NCBI GenBank assembly: GCA_051294375.1
Contig: CM119266.1
Location: 13,056,864-13,120,863, forward strand
Length of the DNA: 64,000 nt
Origin: Paraspadella gotoi
Taxonomy: Eukaryota; Animalia; Chaetognatha
Direction: 5' to 3'
Below are positions 13,001-26,214 of the stretch, piece by piece; position 1 is the stretch's first letter; each line of letters starts with the position of its first letter. Position numbers and translations under genes: made by a program. The notes under the pieces were generated by a model. The model was not told the DNA's origin. It searched no databases and saw only the letters and a list, made by a program, of their open reading frames with translations.

Positions 13001-14534
13001 AGTAAAGTAAAAGGAGGTATGCTAACGATCAGGAATTCTAGAGAGTTTTCAACGCGGTAGTCAGATTTCGGAACAAAAACTTATATGGCGAAAATCTTCC
13101 AAAGAAAGGGGTGGATTTTCCGAAGATTTGGTTAATATTTTCTATATTTATTGGTCGGATTGATGTTTGAAACTTAAAAATAGGCATATTGCCGAGCATC
13201 TACATTGGCCGGCCAAAGAATATATTAAAATAACATTTGAACTTTTTATCGTCGAGAGCTTAGTCCCTATTTATAAGGCAATTTGATTAATCAGAGTTTA
13301 CAACGATATTTTTAATTTTTCAAAAGAAACGTTTTCGAAATCCGTTCGACGTTCGGCCTTTGAATGCACAGCCTTCATCAGCGTTCAAATATTTGTTGAT
13401 CCTGTTAGATGAGCATTTTTTGTGTGAAAGAAAGGGAGGAGAGAGTGTAGAGAGCCCACTTGGCTCCTCCTGCGTCGCGAGGTAGGCGTTGGCCGTCGTG
13501 AGAGAGACGTAAACGTAAATCTGACACGGATCTCGAACGCGAAAAGAAAAGAGAAAAGACTCGAAAATGGACCAAATAATGAGACGAAATAAAATATGTA
13601 ATGAATATAATCGAGCAATAAATCAACGCAGAAAATGACGTGAATCAAGCAAAAAAATCGTACAAAAATCCGGAGAAAATAGTCCGACGTTCCGTAGAAA
13701 ATAACCGGAGAAATTAGTTTCGTGTCCAAAGAAAATCGTAAGCAAATCGTGATCAAAGTGAACTAAACTCGGTCTGTCTGGTCCTTGTCGCAAGTAAAGT
13801 TAGAGAGTAGATAGGCAAGTATCTGGTCATTTATAATGTTATTTTAAATATTTTTAGCATTTACTGAATAGCGAAATGAAATGTCAATATTATTGATGTA
13901 ACATTTCCAAATCAATTGACAGCCACGCGTTGAAAAAATAATCTACAAAAAATGGTCATTTTCATGCCCAATTTTTAAAACAAATTGGGCGTTCGTTAAA
14001 ATTTTCTTTTGGTTCCACTTAAATTTTTAGGCTTTGGCTGAGTGTCCTAATTGGTATCAAAAAGAATTGATTTTCTTTAATATCTTTTTGAACCAAAAAT
14101 TATAGAACGATGAGCTGGTATCAATATTAAAAGCATAATATGGGGCACTTTTCCAATATATTTTTTTCTAAATATTTCCATCAGCTCGGCTCATATGGCG
14201 GAGCAGGCTAAAAATCATCTATTACCAAGGTCCGTAGCGTCCCGGTCCCCGACATCTAAAGAGGTTCAATACAAAAAGTCCGTCTCAACTTTTGTAATAT
14301 AAAACAAGTTTTGAACAAACAATGTCAGATCTGCCCACGATCATTATCGTTAATTAATTAAAATTTCAAGTTACCATTAATTCAATAATTAGGAAATTAA
14401 TTAATTTGATTCGAAATGGGTTGTTTTAATTGATTAATTGACTTTAATTAATTATTTGAAAATTAAGACATCTTGGCCATTTACCATTTAATATAAAAGA
14501 AAAAAGAATCATTATCAAATTAGTGATATCAGGG

Positions 14535-17252
14535 TTTTTATAGTCGGATCGTGCTATAATATATCAGCAGATCCCGACCTACTATAATACTCACTTTGTC
14601 GGGTCCGTTCGGTCGTCCCCTTCGAGAGGTCGGGCACTACACTTTATAGTATGGTCAGAACATCGAATTAATGATAAATTAATGAGAAAAAAAACGATGT
14701 CGTAAACACGTACCCGTCTTCCGTCCTCTCTTTTCCGTCCGTGCCGTCCACCGTTCCCGTCCGAGTCCGTCCACCTTAGGAAAACCTCCCAATTACTAGC
14801 GTAGATTGGATATGGAATGGATTGTTTTATGATTATTGTTGTGGGGTAGGAAACTGTGTGATTGAATGGATCATTAAGTTTTGAGGGAATGTGCGAGTTG
14901 GAAATTGGTTTAAATGGAAAGCAAAAAAAATATATTTCACTTTTGACGCGCCAATTGCTCAGGAGTGGATAGGGCCAATTGACTTTGAAAATTTTTGTAT
15001 GATGGTAGGGAAGTGTGTGATTGAGATGGATATAAAGTTTCGATAGAATCGTGCATGGAAATGAGAGTTATATAAAATGGAAAAAACAAAAGTTCATTTT
15101 TACTTTGAAAGTTTGAGCTTATTTACTCATATATTATTATTGTTTTTATTTAAAAATTGAATTTTGTGTGTGGTGCTCAAGCGAAAGTATGTGAATGAAA
15201 GCTGGATATAAATTTTTTGATGGAATCGTAGGAGTGGAAAAGAAGTTCAAATTAAGAAAACCAAGACCACATTTATTTGAATCTCTCTCTTATCTCTTCT
15301 GATTGATTGATTGATTGACGCAAAATTATGCCAATTGACAAAAATATGCCAGTTGGAACCAAATTCTTAAAGTTGATACAAATTATGCCAGTTGACCAAT
15401 TATCAGTTGACCAAAATTAAGCCAGTTGACCAAATTAGGCAGTTTGCAAAAAATTAGCCAGTTTGATAAAATTATGACCAGTTGACGAAATATGCCGGTT
15501 GACCAAATATCTTAAATTGATCAATTATGGTCAGTTTAACCAAATTATGTCCAGTTGACTAAATTATGTCAGTAGAACACAAATTAATGTCAAGTTAACA
15601 AATTATGTCAGTTGACCAAATTAATGCAGAGTTGATTAAAATTAATCAAGTTGACCAAATAGCTTATTACCATTAATTATCGTTGAACCTGGAATTTTGT
15701 ATGTGAGTAGAAAAGTGTGTGATTGAACAGAAAACCAAGTTTCGATGGAATCTTTTGAGTGGCAATGAGTTTAAATGGAAAAAAAACAAAAAACCTGTTT
15801 TTCCACATATTGATTATGGTTCTTTTGCCTTTTATATTAAAATGTATTGCAGGATGTATTAATAGTTCAAACTAATTAATCAGTTAATTAAGTCAATTAG
15901 TCATAATTAATACAATCATTAATTAATCAAGTCAATCAATCCGTCCAATGATTTATTGGTACCGTCACCACCTTAGGCAAAAAGCTCTAATAATCGTCAA
16001 GATTGGACTGGTTGGGAGTTGAAAATGAAATATTTGATGAGAGACGGTAGGAAAGAGTTTGGTGACAGAAGCGAGATATACAAAAAGTTTTGACGGAATT
16101 TGTGCGCAGTGGAAATGAGTTTAAATGGCAAAAAAACATAAAGTACACACAATATTACTGAAATCTTTATTAAATTTATGATATACTAATTTATGATTAC
16201 TATAAATGTTTTAATTAATTAATTAATGTGGAAAAAATGAGGCAATTTAAAAAATATTATGTCAAGTTGAAATAATGCAGCAGAAAAATGATACAAGATT
16301 AAAATAAATCCTAAAAGCATAAGGAAATGGCGTCGTCTAATTGCATAAAGAGTAGAGAGAGAGCAGCCCAGAGAGCGCAGAAAAAGATGAGCATAAAGGA
16401 CGATCGCAATTGCAAAGAGATAGAGAGAGCAGAGAGAAAGATAGAGAGTCCTGGATAAAAATAGTATGTTATTAATTAAAACTCACTGAATAAAAATACT
16501 TAAAAATACTTACAAAAATACATAAATATTGAATAAATTATATTACCGAATAAATCATTGTTAATCACATGCAATATTATGGTTCTAGTAAGGCCTAATG
16601 ATCTAGTAAGGCGGGCCAAAAAATTGAACACTTTTTATAACTTCTAGTTCTTCCTTTAAAAATTTTTTTTTTCGCTTTTACTACTAAATCGATTTTCAAT
16701 GTAAACTTTTTTGAATTAGTTCATTGGGTTGGTTTGCACTGGAAGCTTTTAAATATTTATTAATAATTCAATAAAAGTTTTGACGGTGAAATTGTGCCAA
16801 GAGAGGGGAGGAAATGAGTTTAGATTGGAAGAAATCAATAAAGTTCACAATTTTACTGAATCTTTTATATTAATGATTACTAATAAATGTTTTAAATTAA
16901 CTAATTAATTAATGTAAAGAAAATGCATGCAAGCTTAAAAAAAATCTTAAAATGCATACAGAGCGTCGCAATTGCATAAAAGAGAGAGAGAGTGAGTGAG
17001 AGAGACCCGAGAGAGAGAGAGAGAGAGAGAGAAGGAGACAATAAAATAAAATCAGAGGAATTTGTTTGTTTTGATAAAATGTAAACAAAACATATTTAAT
17101 ACTGTGCCTAACCCATTTAAAGGACATCGATGATGATAAGTTATATAAATTTAAAATTATTTATTCAATTATTAAATTAATTTCATTAATCGATTAAATT
17201 AATTCAATTAATTATTGTAGGCAGATCCGACATTGGTTTGCTCAAACTTGTT
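14535..17252 (+). mobile_element. Non-autonomous Helentron-type element (HINE/DINE-1-like), inner copy
   Basis: 5' end tttttataGTCGGATC(g)TGC..GCAGATCCCGAC (subterminal repeat with a local inverted partner), a degenerate (CCGT)n microsatellite at ~14715-14772, internal ~150-bp repeats (gggtagggaagtgtgtgattga...aagtttcgatggaat...gaaatgagtttaaatggaaaaa), and a 3' end GCAGATCCGAC + GTTTG-CT-CAAAC hairpin + TTGTT in a T-run. This architecture is established for DINE-1/HINE elements. Confidence 0.65.
15321..15660 (+). repeat. ~18-bp minisatellite, consensus CAAATTATGCCAGTTGAC, roughly 18-19 degenerate units
   Basis: Directly visible tandem units (caaattatgccagttgac, caaaattaagccagttgac, aaattatgtcagttgac ...), with no unique spacers. 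Confidence 0.85.
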
Positions 17253-19424
17253 TTTTTTTAATTTTAAACTCATTTTCACTCAACATTCCATCGAAACTTA
17301 AATTTTCAGCTTAATCACACTTTCCAACCCACATACAAAATTTCAGGTCAATCGCCCCTTCCACTAAAATGAGTAATTGGATTTCAAATAGTGAAATAAT
17401 ATTTTTGTTTTTCCATTTTAACTCATTTCCACACTCGGAAGATGTCCATCGAAACTTCATATACAGCTCAATCACACACTTCCCTACCCACACAAAAAAA
17501 TTTCTTCCAATCCATCCATCCAATCAACGATATGGACTTTTTGCTAAGGTGGGACGGACATCGTTTTTTTTGGTATAAATTTATCATAATTTCGATTTTC
17601 TGACATGATATAAATATGTGGTTGCCTGGACAATATTGAGGAGAAAGCGACCGACAAAGTGAATTATAGAGTGGGGATCTGCTAATAAGCAGATCCGACT
17701 AAAAAATGTCCGTGTGACCTTAAAATTCGACACAATATATCGTTGGATGACTTCATATTTCGCGTCAGGAGTTACAGAGAAAAGAGAAAGAGAGAGAGGA
17801 AGAGAGAAGAGAGAGAGAGAGAGAGAGAGATCATGGTAATTTAGATAGAGGGCGCTATTTGATACAGGAGACGGATGCGGAGATTCTTTGGGGAGACAGA
17901 TCGGTATATATAAGAGCTAATCCGTTTAGAAGGGTCGAGACAAGATATCCGGGAGAAAGGTACGGTTGCGTTTCCTGCAATACGTAAATATCCTTAATGT
18001 TGGGTTGAATAGTGCATCTCGAGATAGTTTAGAAATTCCGTTTGTTATAATATTTGTAGTATTTTTGGTGTTTTCATGTCCATATTTGTTCCTTTATCTT
18101 CGGGCACAATAGTTATAAAGTTTTACTAAAAAAAAAATTGGTATTGTAAAAACTTCGCAACACGTCTCGTGGCTTTCCCTGTTCATCAAACAAAATTTTT
18201 TTCTTCTTTTTTAAAAAAAATTGGGTAGTACATTTCGCTCATTGCTTTTCTCTCCGTAGCTTTAGCGATTTCTCCCTCTTTACGACTCGAATTCGTTCAA
18301 CTAGAAGATAAATCTCCATCGATCGAAGGAAGATGTAATCGATCCCTCTGCACTATTTATTACCTCCAGCTGAGTTGACGTATGGTCTTTTCGATCGCTC
18401 CGTCTTTCTCGGTCTTCTTTCAAAAACGTCTGACACATCTCAAACACGGAAACTCCTCATTTACACTGTCTCTGTCGCACGAATTTTTCAATTTGTTCTG
18501 TCGATGCCCGGATCTGCGGTTCGGCCAACGAGATCCCATTGAAGTTTGGTTCTTCAAGCCTTAGCTCGCCTTGACATCAGCGACTCTTTTTGAGGCGGGC
18601 TTAGTCATGATATTTCTTTGTCTCGTGGACTTCTTCTCCAGGAGTATTTAATATAATATTAGTACTATTTGAAAACTCAGTCTTCTGAGCGAACTGAGTC
18701 AGTCGCACCAAGTACAATGTCGAGTTCTTGTATCACCATATTTTAAAGCGTGTCCTGCCAGTCCAGTTAGAGACACATGAGAGGTAACAAAAGTTCTGAC
18801 GCAAAGGACGGTATGCCTTGATGTCAGAGACTGAGACCATGCGAAGCACAACTGAATTGCAACGAGGTCACCAAAAAAGATCGGTCGAGAGGTGATATCT
18901 TCTGGTTTTATAATTCAAGGGACCGGATAATAGGATGTTTGGTTCATTTTCCAGTTTAAGAAGACTGCGTATAGGCGATGAAACATCGTCAAATCCTCGA
19001 TGCATTTAGTTAGACATCTGGATGAAATACAATGAGGAGCCGCACAAGATGCAATCCAGCCGACGGCATCAAGTTGCCGATCTAGAGAGAGGAGAAGATA
19101 TATAAAATTAACCAAATTGTTCAGTAATTCATTGAACTATCGATCGGTAAGAGGGGATGGAGAGACCATAGCCCCTTTCTTTGGAGAGGAGAGAGGGACG
19201 GAGAGAAAGACATGACGAACATGTAAGACTAAGGATCACCGCATCTAATTTATACAATTTAAAAAAATTACTAGATCTCATACATAAAAATGATTTTGTC
19301 TTTTTCGTGGGACTAGAGGTTCGAGATCTGACAAGTCCACGACGACCCGTGTTGCCGTTAGTTTTACAATATACAATAGCCGAGTTCTTGTTTTTTTCTA
19401 TACATAACAGCTTATTTTATCATA

Positions 19425-19761
19425 TCGTTCGAGTTCTTCTCTCCCTTCGAGAGAGCGTCTCCCTGAGGGAAATCGTAAAATTCCTTTCCCTTTTCATCCT
19501 TTCCTTCTTTCTTTTTATAAATTCGTCTTTTCCTTTTTTTTTTTCACTTTTTTTGTGGTTCGTCGTAAAACGGTTTTTTATTCGTTTCATTCCTTTTTTC
19601 GGTTTTTCCCTTTTCTTTTTCTTTGGATCTTCTTTTAAGTTCCGTTATAATTATGGTTCTAAAGGTTGAGTAATGATAAACGTACTTGATAAACCTTGGA
19701 CAAATGCAATTTAAATTAACTGACGATGAAACATTAGGGACAAAAAGAGTAGAAGTATGTA
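19425..19761 (+). repeat. Duplicated segment abutting a 25-N gap
   Basis: cgttcgagtt...ctgaggga..tcgta..ttcctttcccttttcatcc...ttgagtaatgataaacgtac...gtatgta matches 32705-33016. Confidence 0.85.
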
Positions 19762-21329
19762 NNNNNNNNNNNNNNNNNNNNNNNNNGGAGAGAAGATTTC
19801 ACCGTCCGCTAGACTTCTTTGACGGCGAGAAAGAGGCGCGGAAAGTTCGTCTCGTCGAGCGAAAAGAACGTCGCTGTTGCGTCGCTTCTTGGGATGACGA
19901 CGGTGAACCGGGGTGTTAGGGAACGGCGTCAGAACGGCCTAGTGGCTCGTCGACTCCCAGATCCGCCAATTAGGGATGCTCGCTCGCGAACTATGCATGA
20001 AGAGGTTTCGTCGTTTCACGACGTCCTTCACACCGGCTACATCCGTTTCATCAGCGTCGGCGCCATCTTCTCTTGATCATCCAATCGCTTCGTCGCACAT
20101 CCTCGGCCTTCTTTCGACGTCGTCACGCCGTCGAAAGTCTCTTTGAATTCCAATTCTTTCCGCCAGTGTTCGCGCCATTCGACGCCAAATCCATGGAGAG
20201 GAAAATGCGCGCTTCGGAACCAACTTCTTCCACAAGACGCGCGCAGCGGGAGACGCTGAACGCGGCAGCGCCGCGGCGGGCCACGGATTTTAGCGCAGCA
20301 TAAGCGCGAGGAAATCGTCGTCGTCGAGATCGTATGGACTCGAGATGCGGTTTTCGTCGTCGTCGTCGTCGTCGTCGGCGAGGCGAGGATCGAATTTGAG
20401 ACAACGAGACCATTTTAAAATTAATTCGATTCAGCGAAGCGAATAATCGAGGAGAAGTGTGTCGGTAGAAAAGGCTCGGGATCGATACGAACTCGGGCGA
20501 TAAAATCGTCGACGAGACAACTTTCCATCCTGAGAACTTGATTCTATTCGATTCAAACAAACGTGACTTTTTTTAAATTCAGACGAAAGAAATAAAAAAA
20601 GAAGCCCTATTACTAAGAAATCGAATAAAAATCTCCTGAGAAGTTTCGACGACGACGAAAAGGAAGAAAAGAAACAAAACGACAAAATATTTTTGAAATT
20701 AAAGCAGAAAAACGAAAAAAACGACGAAAATTCCGCGACAAACGACAGTTAAAAGCGGCGAGCCCTTTGTCTTTTCACAGTGAGGGCAGCCAGGAAGAAC
20801 AACAAAAATGCTATTGTTTTCGTTCGTAATCTTTTGTTTCTGATTTTCGCAGTTCGTAGCGCCACCCGTTTGTGAAGACTCTGGACAAACAAAAAAAGAC
20901 TAACGTCGTCGAAAATCTCAAACGAGCCAACAAAATACGAAAAAGGCTAACGGACTAGTGGCGCTTTGGCGAACGAGTCATCATTCAAAACAAACAAAAC
21001 AACTTCATAGGGGACTGGCAGTCGAACTTTAAAATGAAATTTCAGCTGATCGAAGTGTTGATTAACTTTAAGTCGTTTGTATAGAACAAGTTCTTATGAT
21101 AAGGTTCAATCGTTAATTACGGTTTTTAAAAAAAAATACAGTTCATTGTTCAGAAAACAATTCGAAAGATCATATATCAACTTCGATAATTTACGATTTA
21201 ATCGTATATAGAGCATACAGATACAGTGCTTCGAGAATAAAATAAGGTCGTCTAGCCTAATTAATCAATTTTTAAGAATAATAATCTGAGTGTCCTACTC
21301 AAGTGAACAAACAATCGTGAGAGATCACG

Positions 21330-23351
21330 ACTCGTCTTTGACCCTGTGAGAATGATTCGAGGAATCGACGGCGATCCCTCAACGCCCTCGTTTCACCCGT
21401 TTGTAAATCCGTTTGTTCGTTTTTCGCTTCCCGTTGCCGGGCAACGCATCGTCGTTGTCTTTAGCCGGAGCGGGAGACGTCGGAATTAGATCGGCGAGAG
21501 GTAATAAAAATGAAGGGACAACAACACAACGACGAATTCTTCTGTTTATCCTTGAAACGGGATCCGACGGAGAAGAGGCGACGGAATCCGAATCTATTTT
21601 AGGTTTTTGAGTCTCGAAGTGGTCGGTCGGTCGGTCGTTTGCGCGATCGTTGTCGTCGTCGACGCTTCCTCCTCCGTCGACGTGAACGTTGACTTCATCT
21701 GTGGTCTACGAATCTCACTGAATTGGTTCGTCGCCGCGACGGGAATTCGGAACCGTCAAAGTGTTCGACGACTTCGTATTAGGCTTCGTCGTCTCCTCTT
21801 CGGAGGAGGCCGCGCCGTCCGTGGACCGCGCCGAGATCGAGTCCACGATGTCCCAAGTTTCTTGTCGCATTTCGTCGCCTAGCGATGACGCCTTGGACGC
21901 TTTTCTATCTTCCACCTTTCGTCTTCTTTGGCACAAATTTCTTTGAAGAAATTCAGGGCTGAAAATTGGGGAAATTCATGCGAAACTTTGGTATAATATA
22001 TACATTGGCTAATATAAAATTATACGTAGATTTTAATTATTTTTTTCGATAATAGTGTTTACTAAAAAAAAATAAATATTTGTGAATTTTTTTGTCTATT
22101 TTCCAAAATTATTTTATATAAAAGAGAGTTAAATTTTAACTTCACCATCCTCAACCCGACTCCCTTCCCACAACGCCCCACGGAAATGCCAAGCGAGAAG
22201 AAAATTCCCGAGATGCAGATGAGCGTAAAGTTGAGTAGTTCGAGGGCAGAGATCTGCGCCGAGACAGGCTGCTCCTTCTGCTCCGAGGGGATGTAGTTGC
22301 AACGGACTTCCTTCTGGCCCGGGTAAGGGAATTTTCCACTTGACCAAAATGTCGTCCAACTTCCTTGCGGTTGATGATGCTGAGAAGATGTTGGAAGGCG
22401 TCCTTGAGACGTCGGGCTTTTTGAGAATTTTTTCTGATTATAAAGAAAGAGACAGAATTACTTAATTTGTTAGTTGTTGATTGATTGATAATTATCATTT
22501 GTTAAGTTGGTGAATTAATGGTTTAGGTCGTTTAAAAAAAAAGACATTTAAAAAAAAATGTTTTGATGATATATAAAGGCATCCCATATTAAAATTGAAT
22601 AATTTAAAAAAAAAATATGTCAGCGTCAAATTAGTCATAACATTTACATTTTCCGGAGGGATACATGCTAAAAATGTAAGCAGGATCGACGCGTATCGTA
22701 TAGTCGGTGACCATGATAATATCACATTGTCAGAGAAATCCTCTTCATCATCACTGAAAGTAAAAACGGTTTCTTGGCAATATTTTCTCAGTTCAAATAT
22801 TCTATTTGCTAACGTAAAACAAAGAACTACCAGGGACGTCTATTCCCTCCGAAACAGCGCGATTTGGCCACTATCGGTAAAGTTGAGAATCCGTCGTCGC
22901 AGACAAATAGGCATCTTTGGGGGCGAACATCTGAGCGTGCAGCTCTCCGAAAGAGTCGTACTTCTTCAACAGGTGTGACCCGCTTTGCTCTAGATTTTTT
23001 AAAAAGGAGAAAAGCTAAATCGATTTTCAGGACGAATTAGTTACAGATTTTCTTTTTCTATTAGAATAGAAAGTGTCTGTTTAAGGGCGATGAACCGTAC
23101 ACAGAGACAATAAAAAAATTGCTGCCAAAATGGGTTCATTGCCACCATCGAACTCGCTTTTTCAACACTTTGAATATTATGATATCATTGTTTCTTAATT
23201 TTTTACGTGAAAATAAATAATCAAACTTTGTTTTCATTTCTTAGAGGAGGTTTTACTGCTGACGAAAGAGCGGAAACCCTTTCAATACTTTTCGAAGATT
23301 TTTTTTCAAAAATCTCTCTCTCTTATCTCTCTCCTCTCTCTCTCATGTCTC

Positions 23352-23409
<58 letters not shown>

Positions 23410-26214
23410 GCTCTCTCTCTCTCCATAAATTTATTTTCTAATAATGTAATGAGAGTCATCGAATGCACCGAGATTAGGATTTAGTTAAAGATCACACATG
23501 AATGTTTAAAAGAGTAGGGAATATGGAATGATGTTAGATGTTTAAATAACTATGTACGAAACTTTTCAAATTAAAAGGAACGCCCCGACGTTCGAAATAG
23601 TAAAAACTCTCTTTCTCTCTCTCCTGTTTTTAATAATCACTTGCCTCATGTCTCACACGAATTAAATGTAAAAATCCGTCTGAATATAACTTGTCGGGTA
23701 TGATATTTTTTTTTACTCGCTGCGCTCAGACAAAGATTGTGCTTATGTTTCCATTCATCCATGTCCTTTACAATTAATATAATAGTCGCCTTGTAAAATT
23801 ATATCAGAAGAAAAAAAAATATTGTCTTGAGTCATCGAAACAAAGAGTCGTTTGTCCAAAAACCTGATGCAGCTGGAGATTCTTTTTGAGACCCGTGTCT
23901 CCGCCGTCGAAGAAGAATCTCAGCCCGGGTTCGCGGAGCCAGATCGGAGAAAGAGGAAACGTGGTGCGGCATCTTGCCAGGGTCATGTCGGAGGTCAGCT
24001 GTGAGGAGGGGAGAGGCCGCGATTTAATGGCAGAATTTTGGGAATTTTATTTATTTTCATTTTTCATTTTTAATTTTTTTTTATTAGCCATTAAAAAATC
24101 GTGAAATACAGAAAAAATACCACTATAATCTATCTGACGAATGACCAAAAATTAGCCCAGTTGCATTGCCGCGAAATTTAACCACAACTGCAACAGCAAT
24201 TCTCTGGAGCCTTCAGCGAACAACATTACTATTATCGCACAATTTTATCTTCAGGGTTTAAACCTGAGCGGAGAACAAGTTGAAGATGATCCAAAAGTAA
24301 AAGATCCAAAGACGGCGAGAAGACGAAGGGCGACGTTGTAGAGGGACCGATTGACATCGTCGAATCCCAAGGCCGCGTAGGTCATGACCACTTTGGAACG
24401 TCGAGAAATGAGGAAATGGAAGCCTTAGTTATTAAGTCAAAAGCCCACATTTAGAAAATGACAAGAGTAACAAACAGTTCACACAAAATTTATCTGCCTA
24501 CACACGTAGACGCTAGCTGCAGGCGAGAGTAGATTGAAAGCCACGCTGATTTTTTTTTAATTTAGGAAAGTTGAAAGTAATTTTAGGGACAGAAAGTCCG
24601 ATTTCTAGACCAAAAACTACACTATAAATTATTTTATAAATACCATCTGTATTTTATCCAACTGATGAAATGAAAGACAAAAAAACATTGACTGAAATTT
24701 ATAAATGTTTGCGTTTGTGTACAACCCGTTAAAAACTCGCTGTAAATAAAACGGAACCATATTTACAGGATTTTGTAAAGTATCGTCCGTCGCTTGAGAA
24801 ACTGGTGATATTGCTGAGTGCTTTTCGCGTCGAAGTGCGCGTAATACTGATAAGAATAATATGAAATTGAAATTGATATTAATATTGATATTGAAATTGA
24901 TATTGACTTGCCATTTCATTAGCCTCCGAATGATCTTTTAATTTTTAATAATTTTAAAGTTTCTCACTTTTGAAGGGGGATAAATGACGTCGATGGCAAT
25001 GACCGCAACGAAGCCGATTGGAACGACGGCGACAATCAGCAACCATCCATCGATGGTGAAAGACTGGCGAGCGGGAAGGCAATTGGGTCAGCATCGATGC
25101 AATCGGTCAATTAAGAATGTATCAAAAAGGTTAGTAAATCGGACGATACAAAGACGAGCGTTTCACGTTTTTAACTCATAAGTCGTTGAAATTAAATACG
25201 ATTCGGGCGCGTTGACCATAACCGTTTTGACGTGCCCTCAGCGCCCTCTTTATCCATTTCGACACGCCCACCTTTGCCATGTAAGTCTGAAGTCCCTCGT
25301 TCTCGTTCCCGCCGGTTCCACTTCATGACGATAGCGATGCCCGCGGACATGAAAGCCCTGGAGAAGTCGACCACGTTGACGAGTTGTGGCTGAATGTAGT
25401 AATAGGTGAGCGCCATGTCGCCCTGCCGGAAATTAGCTCGTTTCACCAGCCGATCCATTTGGCCGTCGTCTCGTTTAACTTGCCTATTGCGTCGTGTGTT
25501 AAAGGATTGTTAGAGGTGTAGACAATGAGATGTCCATAACTATTTCTAAACGAATCAATTATAAATGAGAGCATTTCTTATCTATATGATCATTGACACA
25601 TATTTTTATGAAGTATTATTATCATCATTACTAATTCGTATCATCGGTTTTTGCATTAATTATCGCTTACCCCACAGTCCTAGCTCGCTGGGGTTTTGAT
25701 AAAGCTTGAACTTTATCGACATAAACGAAGAAAATCTTGAAACATGTCGGGGCAGAAGCCAATTAAAAGTCGTCCAACTCGCATTACGCTCTGTATAGCT
25801 AGCGGAAATCGTGGAAGGTTAAGCTCGACGAGGCTGAGATAAGGTAACAACCAAGGGGAATATCCTATTGTTGTGAGTGATAGCAAATATTATAATAACA
25901 GTCATAGCTTGACGGAACACTACTCGCTTTTTCCCTACATTTGCCGAAAAAAAGTTTTTAAGCTAGATTTACTTTCTTCGCCTTTGAACTCACCCTTTAC
26001 TGATGGTTCTCGTCCGCTTGACTTACCTTTCTTTTCTTCACTGGTCCGATTGTCCCAGAGGCTCCACCCGTATTCGGCGTAAACGATGGAAAACTCTTCC
26101 TCCTTCATGGAATCGCAGATGATTTCAACGACTCCAGCTCGTCAATGCCGCCGACGACGCGGGCGAGACTGACGCTGAAGAAGACGGCGACGACCCACTC
26201 AACCGACCGAGCAT
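21330..26214 (-). pseudogene. iGluR/IR-like gene, copy 2: full length but frameshifted (indel-rich duplicate; pseudogene, or more likely an unpolished haplotype copy)
   Basis: Same exons as copy 1, offset by ~23.5 kb (ATG at 26214), with many 1-nt indels. Additional 3' exons: ~22989-22831 (LLKKYDSFGELHAQMFAPKDAYLSATTDSQLY, S2), ~22753-22669 (QCDIIMVTDYTIRVDPAYIF), ~22433-22165 (KNSQKARRLKDAFQHLLSII..LDDILVKW..RCNY..ISALELLNFTLICISGIFFSLGISVG, end of S2 + M4, cf. GluA2 TSALSLSNVAGVF), and a C-terminal exon from ~21958 (EFLQRNLCQRRRK...). The 3' end coordinate is approximate. Confidence 0.75.

Larger units (their letters stand above)
14303..17705 (-). mobile_element. Non-autonomous Helentron-type element, outer copy in opposite orientation (interrupted by the inner copy)
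   Basis: Reverse complement of 17253-17705 starts ttttAGTCGGATCTGCttattAGCAGATCCCCACT and aligns with 14535-15120. A matching 3' terminus (GCAGATCTGAC attgtttgttcaaaaCTTGTT, reverse complement) sits at 14303-14335. Confidence 0.55.

Noticed and set aside
15321-15660. Regular short repeats superficially like a CRISPR array
   Set aside because: Units are contiguous with no unique spacers, there are no cas genes, and the context is eukaryotic. It is a minisatellite.
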